Shown here piece by piece: positions 37,201 to 45,602 of a DNA stretch of 64,000 nucleotides. How positions within the stretch are numbered: position 1 is the first letter of the stretch; each line of letters begins with the position of its first letter. A program made the position numbers and the translations under genes. Below the pieces are notes generated by a model. That model had not been told where the DNA came from, searched no databases, and saw nothing but the letters and a program-made list of their open reading frames with translations. The stretch comes from Elusimicrobiota bacterium (GTDB taxonomy: Bacteria > CAYTYR01 > UBA6262): the NCBI GenBank assembly GCA_003153935.1, contig PMCA01000017.1:72107-136106 (forward strand), read 5' to 3'.

Positions 37201-37399
37201 CATACCGCCGGCATTGTCATTGGGCCCGGGAGCAGAAACGCGCGTACCCATGTCCGTGGTCATTATCGGCGGGGTGATCGTCTCGACCCTGTTAACGCTT
37301 TTCGTCGTGCCCTGCGCTTACAGCCTGCTGGCCAGGTTCGAAAGCCGCCAGCACCGCCAGGATGTCCACGAAGCACTGGAAGAACTGTCTAAAAGCTAA
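34289..37399 (+). CDS. RND-family efflux permease (AcrB/HAE1-like)
   Basis: About 1036 aa with 12 TM segments and two large periplasmic loops. AcrB-like N-terminus MSLSDTSIKNPVLAWMIVIG. Strong RBS AGGAGG before the ATG at 34289. Confidence 0.9.
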   Translation: MSLSDTSIKNPVLAWMIVIGVIVFGLIAFSRLGVSQLPDVDFPVLSISADWQGAAPEVMETEVTDTIEGAIMGIQGVQEVMSTSRQGSCDISVQFDLNKNVDVALQEVQSAIARAAHSLPADLDPPVIRKSNPEDQPIIWLTLSGDRELKYLMKYTRDEIVDKLTTVPGVSDVMMGGYVEPNLRVWLNADKMEKYEMTVDDVTSAIEAGHAEVPAGYIDTGNNEMNVRVTGEAASLKEFSSIIIPARKGGSPLWKKFTIGDVAQVEDGLDNVRRISRSNGQLTIGLGVKKQRGTNAVQVAHAVKARLVELQKTLPEGMQLGIRFDTTKFIEQSIGEMNFVMILSVILTALVCWLFLGSLSSAFNVFLTIPLSICGSFFVIYILGFTLNAFTLLGLSLVIGIVVDDAIMMLENIVRHREEGEPRVRAAIKGAREITFAAIAASVAILAIFLPVIFMQGVIGKYFLQFGVTISVAVMISLLGALTLTPMFSSKFLKSGHTSGIGKLMDRFMLWLKKAYTGALAVCLANRWKVIIAALIMFASSLLLFTKVKKEFVPPQDMGLLSARADDKIGSSLEFTDNMFKQVEAAVAKRPEVDSYLSNIGGDVENTGSIMMTLKPKKDRPVDPQKKRPLTQQELMPLLRKQLKEIPGVEKVVVSDPSLMGFTARRGFPVEFTLNGSDWDKLGEVSDQVAKEMKDSGSMVDIDSDYDTGMPEVRVVPDRQKAAERGVSVQTIGTTINSLIGGVKVGKFTEGGRRYDIRLQLVEAERDKVEDINKIWVRNNRGEVIRLSDVVDVVQKPSLLSITRKNRERAIRMYANVAPGRSQGEALQAVQAIGKKLPEGYKLVFTGSAQTYQDSFSSLYIALILGIFVAYMVLGVQFNSFIHPFTVLLALPFSVSGAFLALYLTGRSLNIYSAIGIILLMGIVKKNSILLVDFTNQRRDSGMDVKEALLNACPLRLRPIIMTSVATIAAAIPPALSLGPGAETRVPMSVVIIGGVIVSTLLTLFVVPCAYSLLARFESRQHRQDVHEALEELSKS

Positions 37400-37422
37400 A
37401 ATTCCGGCAATTTAAGATATAA

Positions 37423-37461
37423 GATCCCCTTAACGCGACCGCGTCAGGGGGATCTTTTTTT
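37423..37461 (+). terminator. strong rho-independent terminator after the RND pump gene
   Basis: GATCCCCT...AGGGGGATC stem with an inner palindrome, followed by T7. Confidence 0.8.
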
Positions 37462-37507
37462 CGCCATTTTAGTTGCAATAAGGGCGGGATTTCGTTATGA
37501 TAAGAAC

Positions 37508-40126
37508 ATGGAACTTATCGTCACTCATACCAATGCTGATTTTGACGCGCTGGCCAGCTGTCTGGCGGCGAAGAAGCTTTATCCCCAGGCCGAGGTGGTT
37601 TTGCCTGGCATACCGGAGAGGAACGTCAAGAGTTATCTCACGCTGAACCGCTATTTGCTGAAACTGAAAAAGGAAAAAGAGATCGACCTGGATAAAGTAA
37701 CCAGGTTGATCGTGGTGGATACCCGCCAACCAGGTCGGCTGGGTCGCATCCAAAAGGTGTTGGAGCGGAAAGACCTGGACATTCACATTTACGACCATCA
37801 TCCCCGCACTGCAGCCGATATTCGGGCAGGATTCGATGAAGAACATGAGATAGGGGCTACCGTAACCTGCCTGGTAAAAAAAATAAAGGAAAAACGCCTG
37901 GGTTTGACCCCGGAGGAAGCTACCTTACTGGCCCTGGGTATTTATGAAGATACCGGGTTCCTGAGTTTCAACGAAACCCGGGCTCTAGACCTGGAAATGG
38001 CGAGTTACCTGCTGGCGCACGGGGCGGACTTAAATTCGGTCACTGATTTTATAAATCCGGAACTTAACCGTTCACAATTTAAATTGTTGGACAAGCTTAT
38101 CCACTCGGCGAAGACTCATTATATCAATAACGTCAAGATCGTGATCACTTCCGTCATCCTGGACAAGTATTGTCCCGACCTGGCCCTGCTGGCCCACAAG
38201 GTCAGGGACCTGGAAAATCTCAACGTCCTGTTCGTACTGGGCGAGGTGAAAAATAAGGTTTATATAACCGCGCGCAGCCGCGTGGCAGAAGTGAACGTCG
38301 GCCAGGTCATGCAGACTTTCGGCGGCGGCGGCCATAAATGGGCGGCCAGCGCCAGCGTTAAAGCGGCCAATATCGGAGCTGTCATGGAGCAGTTAAAAGC
38401 AACCTTGCAGGAGAAAGTCCAGGTGGCTCCGACCGCGCGGGAGATCATGACCAGCCCGGTCCGGACCATCCCGGAGGAAATGTCGGTCAACGAGGCGCGG
38501 AAACTTATGCTGCGTTATGATCATAACAGCCTGCCGGTAGTGGTAGGCAAAAAACTGGCCGGCATAATCACGGTCTATGACATCGATAAGGCCGTGCATC
38601 ATGGTTTCGGTAAAATGCCAGTCAGGGACTATATGACCACCCAGGTTATTACCATCAAGCCAAATACATCACTGGATAAGATACACGAGATAATGCTGGA
38701 CCATGATATCGGGCATTTACCGGTGCTGGAACGCAACCGCATCGTGGGCCTGGTCAGCCGCTCCGACCTGCAGCCGTTGTTTCATCGCCGCGGTATTGCG
38801 GCGTCCGAGGGCCATCTACAGCGCCAGCAGGATCTACCGGTGAGAAAAGTCAAACGCCTGTTGGCTACCGCTCTGCCCCGACGGGTAGCGGAGCTCCTGA
38901 AAAAGATAGGGGAGATCGCCGCGGAACACAAATACCAGGCTTTCGTGGTAGGCGGCTTTGTGCGGGATCTACTGCTAGGCGTGGAAAACCTGGACCTGGA
39001 TATAGTCATCGAGGGCAGCGGCATTGATTTTGCCCAGCACCTGGTGAAGATCCTGGGCGGCCGGGTGAGAACCCATGAACAGTTTGCCACCGCGGTGGTC
39101 ACTTTGCCGGATGACTTCAAGATCGATATCGCGACGGCGCGCACGGAATTCTACGAGTTCCCGGCGGCGTTGCCCAAAGTATCTTCGTCTTCGATCAAGG
39201 AGGACCTGTACCGGCGCGATTTTACCATTAACGCCATGGCCATCAGGCTCGATCCCGCGCACTTCGGAGAGCTGCTGGATTTCTTCGGCGGCTGGAAGGA
39301 CCTGAAAAATAAAAGGATCAGGGTCCTGTATAATCTTAGTTTCGTGGAAGACCCGACCCGTATCTTTCGCGCTATCCGTTTTGAGCAGCGGTATCATTTC
39401 CGCATGGATAAGGATACCGAGAAATTCATCCAGAACGCGATAACTCACGACCTGTTCGAACGCCTGACTGACGAGCGCCTGCGGGAGGAGATCATCCTGA
39501 TACTAAGCGAGGACAATCCCTGGCTGGCGACGGAGCGCCTGCGGCAATTCGACCTGCTAAGGTATATCCATCCCAAGGTCATCCTGCCGGAAACCGCCGA
39601 GAACATGTTCAAGGAAGCCCAGGATAATCTTTTCCTATTTACCTTGCCGCTGCTGGACCGCCAGGTCAGCCGCTGGCTGGTTTATTTCCTGTTGCTGATA
39701 GATCATCTTACCAAAGCGGAAACTGGGGAACTGATCAACCGCTTCCGCTTTACCCGGGAAGAGTCGCAGGTATTGCTGCTGGCTAAGGCCCCGGATAAGG
39801 AGATCCTGGACCAGATCAGCCGGGAAGCCAAAGTGCCGGCCAGCCTGATGTATGATTATTTTATCGCCGCTCCGGTAGAGGTTCTGCTTTACCAGATGGT
39901 TAAGACACGGAGCCGTTTATTCAAGAAAAGAACAGCGGATTTTCTGAATAAGCTCAGCAGGATAAAATTGGCCATTAACGGGGACGACCTGCGGGCGCTG
40001 GGCTATACGCCGGGACCGTTATTTCGGGAGATCCTGAGAGACTTGCTGAAAGCGCGCCTGGATGGCCGGCTGAAAACACGCGCCGAAGAAATACAATTTG
40101 TCGTTGACAAATATCCCAAGAATTGA
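37508..40126 (+). CDS. multidomain DHH-DHHA1 / tandem CBS / poly(A) polymerase-CCA-adding nucleotidyltransferase fusion protein
   Basis: N-terminal DHH (LIVTHTNADFDALAS) and a DHHA1 GGGH motif. Two CBS domains. A Pol-beta nucleotidyltransferase head (GGFVRDLLLG..DLDIV, RRDFTINAMA) and tRNA-NT RNA-binding/HD-like C-terminus. Confidence 0.75.
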   Translation: MELIVTHTNADFDALASCLAAKKLYPQAEVVLPGIPERNVKSYLTLNRYLLKLKKEKEIDLDKVTRLIVVDTRQPGRLGRIQKVLERKDLDIHIYDHHPRTAADIRAGFDEEHEIGATVTCLVKKIKEKRLGLTPEEATLLALGIYEDTGFLSFNETRALDLEMASYLLAHGADLNSVTDFINPELNRSQFKLLDKLIHSAKTHYINNVKIVITSVILDKYCPDLALLAHKVRDLENLNVLFVLGEVKNKVYITARSRVAEVNVGQVMQTFGGGGHKWAASASVKAANIGAVMEQLKATLQEKVQVAPTAREIMTSPVRTIPEEMSVNEARKLMLRYDHNSLPVVVGKKLAGIITVYDIDKAVHHGFGKMPVRDYMTTQVITIKPNTSLDKIHEIMLDHDIGHLPVLERNRIVGLVSRSDLQPLFHRRGIAASEGHLQRQQDLPVRKVKRLLATALPRRVAELLKKIGEIAAEHKYQAFVVGGFVRDLLLGVENLDLDIVIEGSGIDFAQHLVKILGGRVRTHEQFATAVVTLPDDFKIDIATARTEFYEFPAALPKVSSSSIKEDLYRRDFTINAMAIRLDPAHFGELLDFFGGWKDLKNKRIRVLYNLSFVEDPTRIFRAIRFEQRYHFRMDKDTEKFIQNAITHDLFERLTDERLREEIILILSEDNPWLATERLRQFDLLRYIHPKVILPETAENMFKEAQDNLFLFTLPLLDRQVSRWLVYFLLLIDHLTKAETGELINRFRFTREESQVLLLAKAPDKEILDQISREAKVPASLMYDYFIAAPVEVLLYQMVKTRSRLFKKRTADFLNKLSRIKLAINGDDLRALGYTPGPLFREILRDLLKARLDGRLKTRAEEIQFVVDKYPKN

Positions 40127-40143
40127 TATATTAACCTAATATT

Positions 40144-40776
40144 ATGGAAAATCTGTTTATCGTCTTACCTATATTCTTTTTCTGCCTGGTGGTGCACGAG
40201 TACGCTCATGGTTTGATGGCGGAAAAATGCGGTGATTCCACTGCCCGTTACCTGGGCAGACTGACCCTCAATCCCCTGTCGCACATTGATCCCGTCGGCA
40301 CGATAATATTCCCGGTTTTGCTGGTGGTTATGCATTCGCCGTTTGTCTTTGGCTGGGCCAAACCGGTCCCGATCAATCCCTATAATTTCCGCAATCCCCG
40401 CTGGGACACGGTCAAAGTCGGTTTAGCCGGCCCGGGCGCCAATATACTTACGGCCCTGGTCAGCGCGCTGATATTCTGGATATTAATCAAAGTGGGAATG
40501 GTCAATGAAGCGGTGATCATGGTCTTGGGAAGTTTGATATTGATCAGCCTGATCCTGGCGATCTTTAATTTAGTACCGATACCGCCCCTGGATGGTTCAC
40601 ACGTTTTAGCCGGATTTCTGCCGGCGCGATTGGCGTATAAGTACGAGAGGATACAGGGCTACGGTTTTATCATCATCTTAGCCTTGATGTACCTGGGATT
40701 TTTTAGCGGCTTTGTTTTCCCTCTGGCTTATAAAATAGCCAGGCTTTTACTGCCGGCAGGGGCGATACAGATATGA
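40144..40776 (+). CDS. site-2 protease family (peptidase M50) intramembrane zinc metalloprotease, short form
   Basis: HExxH (VVHEYAHGLMA) inside a TM helix, a second-ligand LDG motif (PIPPLDGSHV), and multiple TM helices. Confidence 0.65.
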   Translation: MENLFIVLPIFFFCLVVHEYAHGLMAEKCGDSTARYLGRLTLNPLSHIDPVGTIIFPVLLVVMHSPFVFGWAKPVPINPYNFRNPRWDTVKVGLAGPGANILTALVSALIFWILIKVGMVNEAVIMVLGSLILISLILAIFNLVPIPPLDGSHVLAGFLPARLAYKYERIQGYGFIIILALMYLGFFSGFVFPLAYKIARLLLPAGAIQI

Positions 40777-41753
40777 AAAAAAGAATTTTAAGCGGGATGA
40801 GACCTACCGGGAAACTGCATATCGGCCACATCCTCGGGGCCTTGGATAACTGGGTCCGGCTGCAGGATGAATACCAGTGTTTTTACATGGTCGCCGACTT
40901 GCACGCGCTGACCAGCGAATACGCGGATACTTCAGCTATGCCGGAAAATATCAAAGAGATGGTGATCGACTGGCTGGCCTGCGGCATCGATCCGGCGAAA
41001 TCAACTTTGCTGGTGCAATCCCGGATACCCGAACACAGCGAACTACACCTGATCCTGTCGATGATCACGCCGGTGTCCTGGCTGGAGCGCTGCCCGACCT
41101 ATAAAGAGCAGATGCACGAAATAAAAGGCAAGGACCTTTCCACCTACGGATTCCTGGGTTATCCCGTCCTGCAGGCGGCGGATATTACTATTTACAAGGC
41201 GGAAGTGGTGCCGATCGGCGAGGACCAGTTGCCGCACTTGGAGCTGACCCGCGAGATCGTGCGCCGGTTCTGCCAGTTTTACGGGGATGTCCTGCCGGAA
41301 CCGCAAGCCCTGCTGACCTCCGTCCCGCGTTTGCTGGGGACGGACGGGCGCAAAATGAGCAAAAGCTATAATAACGCTATTTACATCGCTGACAGCCCGG
41401 AAGAAATTAAACAAAAAGTCATGGCTATGGTCACTGACCCGGCGCGTTTGCGGCCGACCGACCCGGGGCACCCGGAAATCTGTTCGGTATTTTCTTATGA
41501 CAAAATATTCTCCAAGGAACAGCTGACGGAGATAGAGGAAAAATGCCGGAAAGGTAAACGCGGCTGCGTGGAATGCAAAAAAATATTGCTGGAAAATATG
41601 CAGAAATTCCTGGCGCCGATACAGGCCAGGCGCAGACAGTACGAACAAGACTTACCATACATAGAAAAAGTTCTGAATGAGGGGACAGCCCGGGCGCAGG
41701 AATTCGCCCGGAATACGATGCAGGAAGTTAAGAAAGCGGTCAGACTCAAGTGA
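40773..41753 (+). CDS. trpS: tryptophanyl-tRNA synthetase
   Basis: Class I HIGH motif (GKLHIGHILG) and KMSKS motif, with TrpRS-specific sequence. Confidence 0.95.
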   Translation: MKKRILSGMRPTGKLHIGHILGALDNWVRLQDEYQCFYMVADLHALTSEYADTSAMPENIKEMVIDWLACGIDPAKSTLLVQSRIPEHSELHLILSMITPVSWLERCPTYKEQMHEIKGKDLSTYGFLGYPVLQAADITIYKAEVVPIGEDQLPHLELTREIVRRFCQFYGDVLPEPQALLTSVPRLLGTDGRKMSKSYNNAIYIADSPEEIKQKVMAMVTDPARLRPTDPGHPEICSVFSYDKIFSKEQLTEIEEKCRKGKRGCVECKKILLENMQKFLAPIQARRRQYEQDLPYIEKVLNEGTARAQEFARNTMQEVKKAVRLK

Positions 41754-41849
41754 AGTTGAAAGTTAAAAGTGTTAAGTGTTAAGTTTTGGTAATGGAACCT
41801 TAACTTAAAACTTAAAATTTTTCACTTAAAACTGTTTTTAGGAGATGAC
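41754..41849. repeat. AT-rich intergenic repeat block (GTTAAG / ACTTAAAA motifs, imperfect inverted repeat)
   Basis: GTGTTAAGTGTTAAGTTTT...AACCTTAACTTAAAACTTAAAATTTTTCACTTAAAAC. GTTAAGTT and AAC(C)TTAAC can pair, followed by a T-rich tail. Confidence 0.35.
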
Positions 41850-42623
41850 ATGACTTACCAGGTTAAACTGGAAGTGTTCGAAGGCCCGTTAGATCTGCTG
41901 CTGCATCTCATCAAGAAGGAAGAAATAGACATTTATAACATTCCCATCTCCCGGATCACGGAAGAGTATCTCGCTTACGTGGAACTGCTGAAGTTGCTCA
42001 ACCTGGAGATCGCCGGGGAATTCCTGGTTATGGCGGCGACCCTGCTGCAGATAAAATCCAAAAAGCTTCTGCCGGTGATCGACCTGGACGCGGAAAACCA
42101 GGAAGAACTGGATCCCTGCCAGGAACTGGTGCGCCAGCTCCTGGAATACAAGCGTTTCAAGGAAGTGGCCAAGGTCCTGGAACAGAGAGAGATCAAGCAG
42201 CAACAAATATATACGCGGCCGCCCGTTAAGATAGAAAAGATCGGCGACGAAGAGTACGTAATCGAGGCCAGCCTGTTCGACCTGCTGGACGCTTTCAAGA
42301 ATGTCCTGAAATCATCCGTTAAGACGGTGCGGGAGATCATCCAGGAAGAGGTCAGGATCGAAGAGCGCATGAAGATTATCCGGGATAGGCTGGCGGAGAA
42401 GGAATCGCTGACCTTCGAAGATATCTTTACCCCGGAATCGACCAAGATGGAAATGATCGTCAGCCTGCTGGCCCTGCTGGAAATGATCAAGCAGAAAGAG
42501 ATAAAGATCATGCAGACCCGGCTGTTCGACAAGATCAGGATATTCAGGCGCCTGCCGGATGATCAGGAGATCGTAGTAAATACCGAGCCGGCCATACAGG
42601 AAGAATTACATTTGGTTCAATAA
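41850..42623 (+). CDS. scpA: segregation and condensation protein A (kleisin)
   Basis: ScpA N-terminal motif LEVFEGPLDLLLHLIKKEEIDIYNIPI. Confidence 0.85.
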   Translation: MTYQVKLEVFEGPLDLLLHLIKKEEIDIYNIPISRITEEYLAYVELLKLLNLEIAGEFLVMAATLLQIKSKKLLPVIDLDAENQEELDPCQELVRQLLEYKRFKEVAKVLEQREIKQQQIYTRPPVKIEKIGDEEYVIEASLFDLLDAFKNVLKSSVKTVREIIQEEVRIEERMKIIRDRLAEKESLTFEDIFTPESTKMEMIVSLLALLEMIKQKEIKIMQTRLFDKIRIFRRLPDDQEIVVNTEPAIQEELHLVQ

Positions 42624-42641
42624 TCATAATTGGGAGAACTT

Positions 42642-43400
42642 ATGGAAATCGATGATATGGTCCGGGAAGAATTAGCGCCGCCGCCGGAAGAACTGAATAA
42701 CGCCGCCGCACCGGTTAATGCCGGGGAGATAACGGCAGAGAATACGGCTGAAGCGCCAGCGGCCATTGAGAATGTTACGGCGGAGGTCACCGCGGAAATT
42801 AGCCCGGCTGAGGAACCGCCGGTAGAAATCGCGCCGGAAACTCCGGCTGAACCGGAACTTCAATTATTGGACCTGAAACCGGTTGTAGAGGCTTTATTAT
42901 TCGTTACCAGCGATCCTGTCAGCATAGACAAGATACAGGAAATTGTCAGCGGCAGGGAGAGCGGGTTGAAGATCGAAAAGAAAGATATCCGCAGCGCTCT
43001 TATTGAATTGCAGACTGAATATGAAAATCGTCACAGTGCGGTACAGCTGGTGGAAGTAGCCGGCGGCTGGCAGTTCTGCACCAAAGCTGAATTCGCCGTC
43101 TGGCTGGAGAAGCTGGCCAAGAACAAAGAAGTTTACAAATTATCCAATTCTGCCCTGGAAACCTTATCGATCATCGCCTACCGGCAGCCAATCACCCGGG
43201 CGGAAGTGGAACATATCCGCGGCGTGGATTCCGGCGGCGTCATGCATAGCCTGCTGGAGAAGAGACTGGTCAAGATCACCGGCCGCAAGGATTGCATCGG
43301 CCATCCGTTGCTGTACGGGACCACCGCTGAGTTCCTGCAATATTTCGGTCTGGCCGGTATTGCCGACCTGCCGCTGCTGGAAGACTTGAATAAAGCTTAA
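42642..43400 (+). CDS. scpB: segregation and condensation protein B with an approximately 85-aa acidic Ala/Pro/Glu-rich N-terminal extension
   Basis: ScpB wHTH core from LKPVVEALLFV... to the C-terminus. ATG at 42642 preceded by GGGAGA. Confidence 0.8.
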   Translation: MEIDDMVREELAPPPEELNNAAAPVNAGEITAENTAEAPAAIENVTAEVTAEISPAEEPPVEIAPETPAEPELQLLDLKPVVEALLFVTSDPVSIDKIQEIVSGRESGLKIEKKDIRSALIELQTEYENRHSAVQLVEVAGGWQFCTKAEFAVWLEKLAKNKEVYKLSNSALETLSIIAYRQPITRAEVEHIRGVDSGGVMHSLLEKRLVKITGRKDCIGHPLLYGTTAEFLQYFGLAGIADLPLLEDLNKA

Positions 43401-43410
43401 GAGGAAAAAA

Positions 43411-44475
43411 ATGGACTTAAAAAAATTAAGAAATGAGATCGACCGGCTGGACCTGGAAATGCTGGAGATATTGAACCGGAGACTGAAAGTCGCCCAGCAG
43501 ATCGGTAAAGTGAAAAAATCGCGCCAGGAAGAGATCTACGCCCCGGAACGGGAAAAAGAAGTTATCTCTAATTTGATCAAAAAGAATAAGGGTCCGCTGC
43601 CTAACGGCGAACTTAAGGATATTTACCGGGAGATAATAAAAACCTCCCTGCTGCTGCAGAAGAAGCTGGCCATCGCCTATATGGGACCGGAAGCGAGCTT
43701 CACTCACCTGGCGGCGATCAAGAATTTCGGCCGGGCGGCGCAATTCATTTCCGCTAAGAATATCGGCGACGTCTTCAACGAAGTAGAGAAAGAAAGGGCG
43801 GATTATGGCGTCGTGCCGATAGAGAACACCACCGAGGGCATGGTCAACTATACGCTGGACATGTTCATGGATTCGGACCTGAAGATCTGCGCTGAGATAT
43901 TCGTGGAGGTGCATCATAACCTGGCCTCCCGCACCACCCTGGACCGTATCGACAAGATCTATTCACATACCCAGACGGTGGCGCAGTGCCGAACCTACCT
44001 GGAAGAGAAGATGCCCAACGTTAAAATTATCGAAGTGGAGTCCAATTCCAAGGCGGCGCAGCTGGCTGAGCAGGATAATAAAAGCGCGGCTATAGTCAGC
44101 ACGGTCGCAGCCGAATTATACAACCTGAACATCCTGGTGTCGCGCATCGAGGACCTGTCCAATAATTACACCAGGTTCCTGGTGATCGGGCCGAAATACA
44201 GCGCCCGCAGCGGCGAGGACAAAACCTCGATATTATTCTCGATCAAGGACCGGGTGGGGGCTCTGTATGACATGTTGCTGCCTTTCCGTCGCGCCAATAT
44301 CAACCTGACCAAAATAGAATCCCGGCCGACCAAAAAGAAGGCGTGGGAATATGTCTTTTTCGTGGACCTGGTAGGTCACCGCGAAGACCCCAATGTTAAA
44401 AAAGCTCTGGCGGAACTGGAAAAAGAATGTTTATTCCTGAAGGTATTAGGATCGTACCCGATAGGGGAAGAGTAG
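43411..44475 (+). CDS. pheA: bifunctional chorismate mutase / prephenate dehydratase (P-protein, with ACT domain)
   Basis: N-terminal AroQ chorismate mutase (LRNEIDRLDLEMLEILNRR), prephenate dehydratase and a C-terminal ACT domain. Confidence 0.9.
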   Translation: MDLKKLRNEIDRLDLEMLEILNRRLKVAQQIGKVKKSRQEEIYAPEREKEVISNLIKKNKGPLPNGELKDIYREIIKTSLLLQKKLAIAYMGPEASFTHLAAIKNFGRAAQFISAKNIGDVFNEVEKERADYGVVPIENTTEGMVNYTLDMFMDSDLKICAEIFVEVHHNLASRTTLDRIDKIYSHTQTVAQCRTYLEEKMPNVKIIEVESNSKAAQLAEQDNKSAAIVSTVAAELYNLNILVSRIEDLSNNYTRFLVIGPKYSARSGEDKTSILFSIKDRVGALYDMLLPFRRANINLTKIESRPTKKKAWEYVFFVDLVGHREDPNVKKALAELEKECLFLKVLGSYPIGEE

Positions 44476-44484
44476 AGGGAAGTC

Positions 44485-45579
44485 ATGATCGAGAAACTGG
44501 TACGAAAAAACATCCTGCAGTTCCAGCCGTATATTCCGGGCAAACCGATAAACGAGGTTAAAAGGGAGCTGGGTCTAAAGGACGTGATAAAGCTAGCGTC
44601 CAATGAAAACCCCCTGGGGCCATCCCCCAAAGCGCTCCTGGCGGTCAAAAAGGGCCTAAAGGACATTTTTCTCTATCCGGAGGGCAGCGGAATACTTCTC
44701 AAGCAGAAAATCGCGAAAATGGCCAATTTACGGCCCTCTAACGTGATTTTAGGAAATGGTTCCGATGAGCTGATCGAGATCATCGGCAAGACTTTTGTCA
44801 ATCCCGAAGACGATATCGTCGTAGCCGAAGGGGCTTTCATCAGGTATAAGATGGCCGGTGAATTGATGGCCGGCCGGGTCATCAGCGTGCCGATGCGGGA
44901 TTATACCCATGACCTGCAGGCCATGAAAAAAGCCATAACTCCTGCTACCAAAGCGGTATTTATCGCCAACCCCAACAATCCCACCGGTACTTACGTAACC
45001 AAAAAGGAAGTGGAGGAATTTTTCTCCGGGCTGAGGGAAGACGTCATTGTGGTTTTCGACGAAGCCTATTACGAATACGTAACCCAGGCGAATTATCCCC
45101 AGACCGTGCCGTATTTGAAAAAGGGTCGGAATATAATCATCCTGCGCACTTTTTCCAAGATCTATGCGCTGGCCGGATTGCGGGTGGGTTACGGCCTGGC
45201 TAACGAGGAAATAATTTCTTACATGGAGAGGGTGCGGCCGCCATTTAACGTTAATTCCCTGGCGCAACTGGCGGCGGAAGCCAGCCTGGATGACGCGGCT
45301 CAGGTGAAAAGAAGCCTGAAGCTGGTCCAGGAACAGAAGAAATACCTGTACCGGGAACTGGAAAGGCTGGAGATCACTTACATTCCCAGCGCCGCCAATT
45401 TTATACTGATCTGCCTGAAAAACGACGCCGGGGCGGCCAGCCGGAAATTGCTGGAAGCCGGGGTGATCGTCAGGCCCATGGGCGAATATAACTTGTCCAC
45501 CTGCCTCCGGGTAACCATCGGCCTGCCAGCGGAAAACAAAAGGTTCATTACCACGTTAGAGAAAATATATAAGAGTTAA
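44485..45579 (+). CDS. hisC: histidinol-phosphate/aromatic aminotransferase (class II, HisC family)
   Basis: PLP-lysine region FSKIYALAGLRVGY and the N-terminal LASNENPLGPSP motif. Confidence 0.8.
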   Translation: MIEKLVRKNILQFQPYIPGKPINEVKRELGLKDVIKLASNENPLGPSPKALLAVKKGLKDIFLYPEGSGILLKQKIAKMANLRPSNVILGNGSDELIEIIGKTFVNPEDDIVVAEGAFIRYKMAGELMAGRVISVPMRDYTHDLQAMKKAITPATKAVFIANPNNPTGTYVTKKEVEEFFSGLREDVIVVFDEAYYEYVTQANYPQTVPYLKKGRNIIILRTFSKIYALAGLRVGYGLANEEIISYMERVRPPFNVNSLAQLAAEASLDDAAQVKRSLKLVQEQKKYLYRELERLEITYIPSAANFILICLKNDAGAASRKLLEAGVIVRPMGEYNLSTCLRVTIGLPAENKRFITTLEKIYKS

Positions 45580-45602
45580 CTAAGAAACTCTGAGAAGGAA
45601 TA

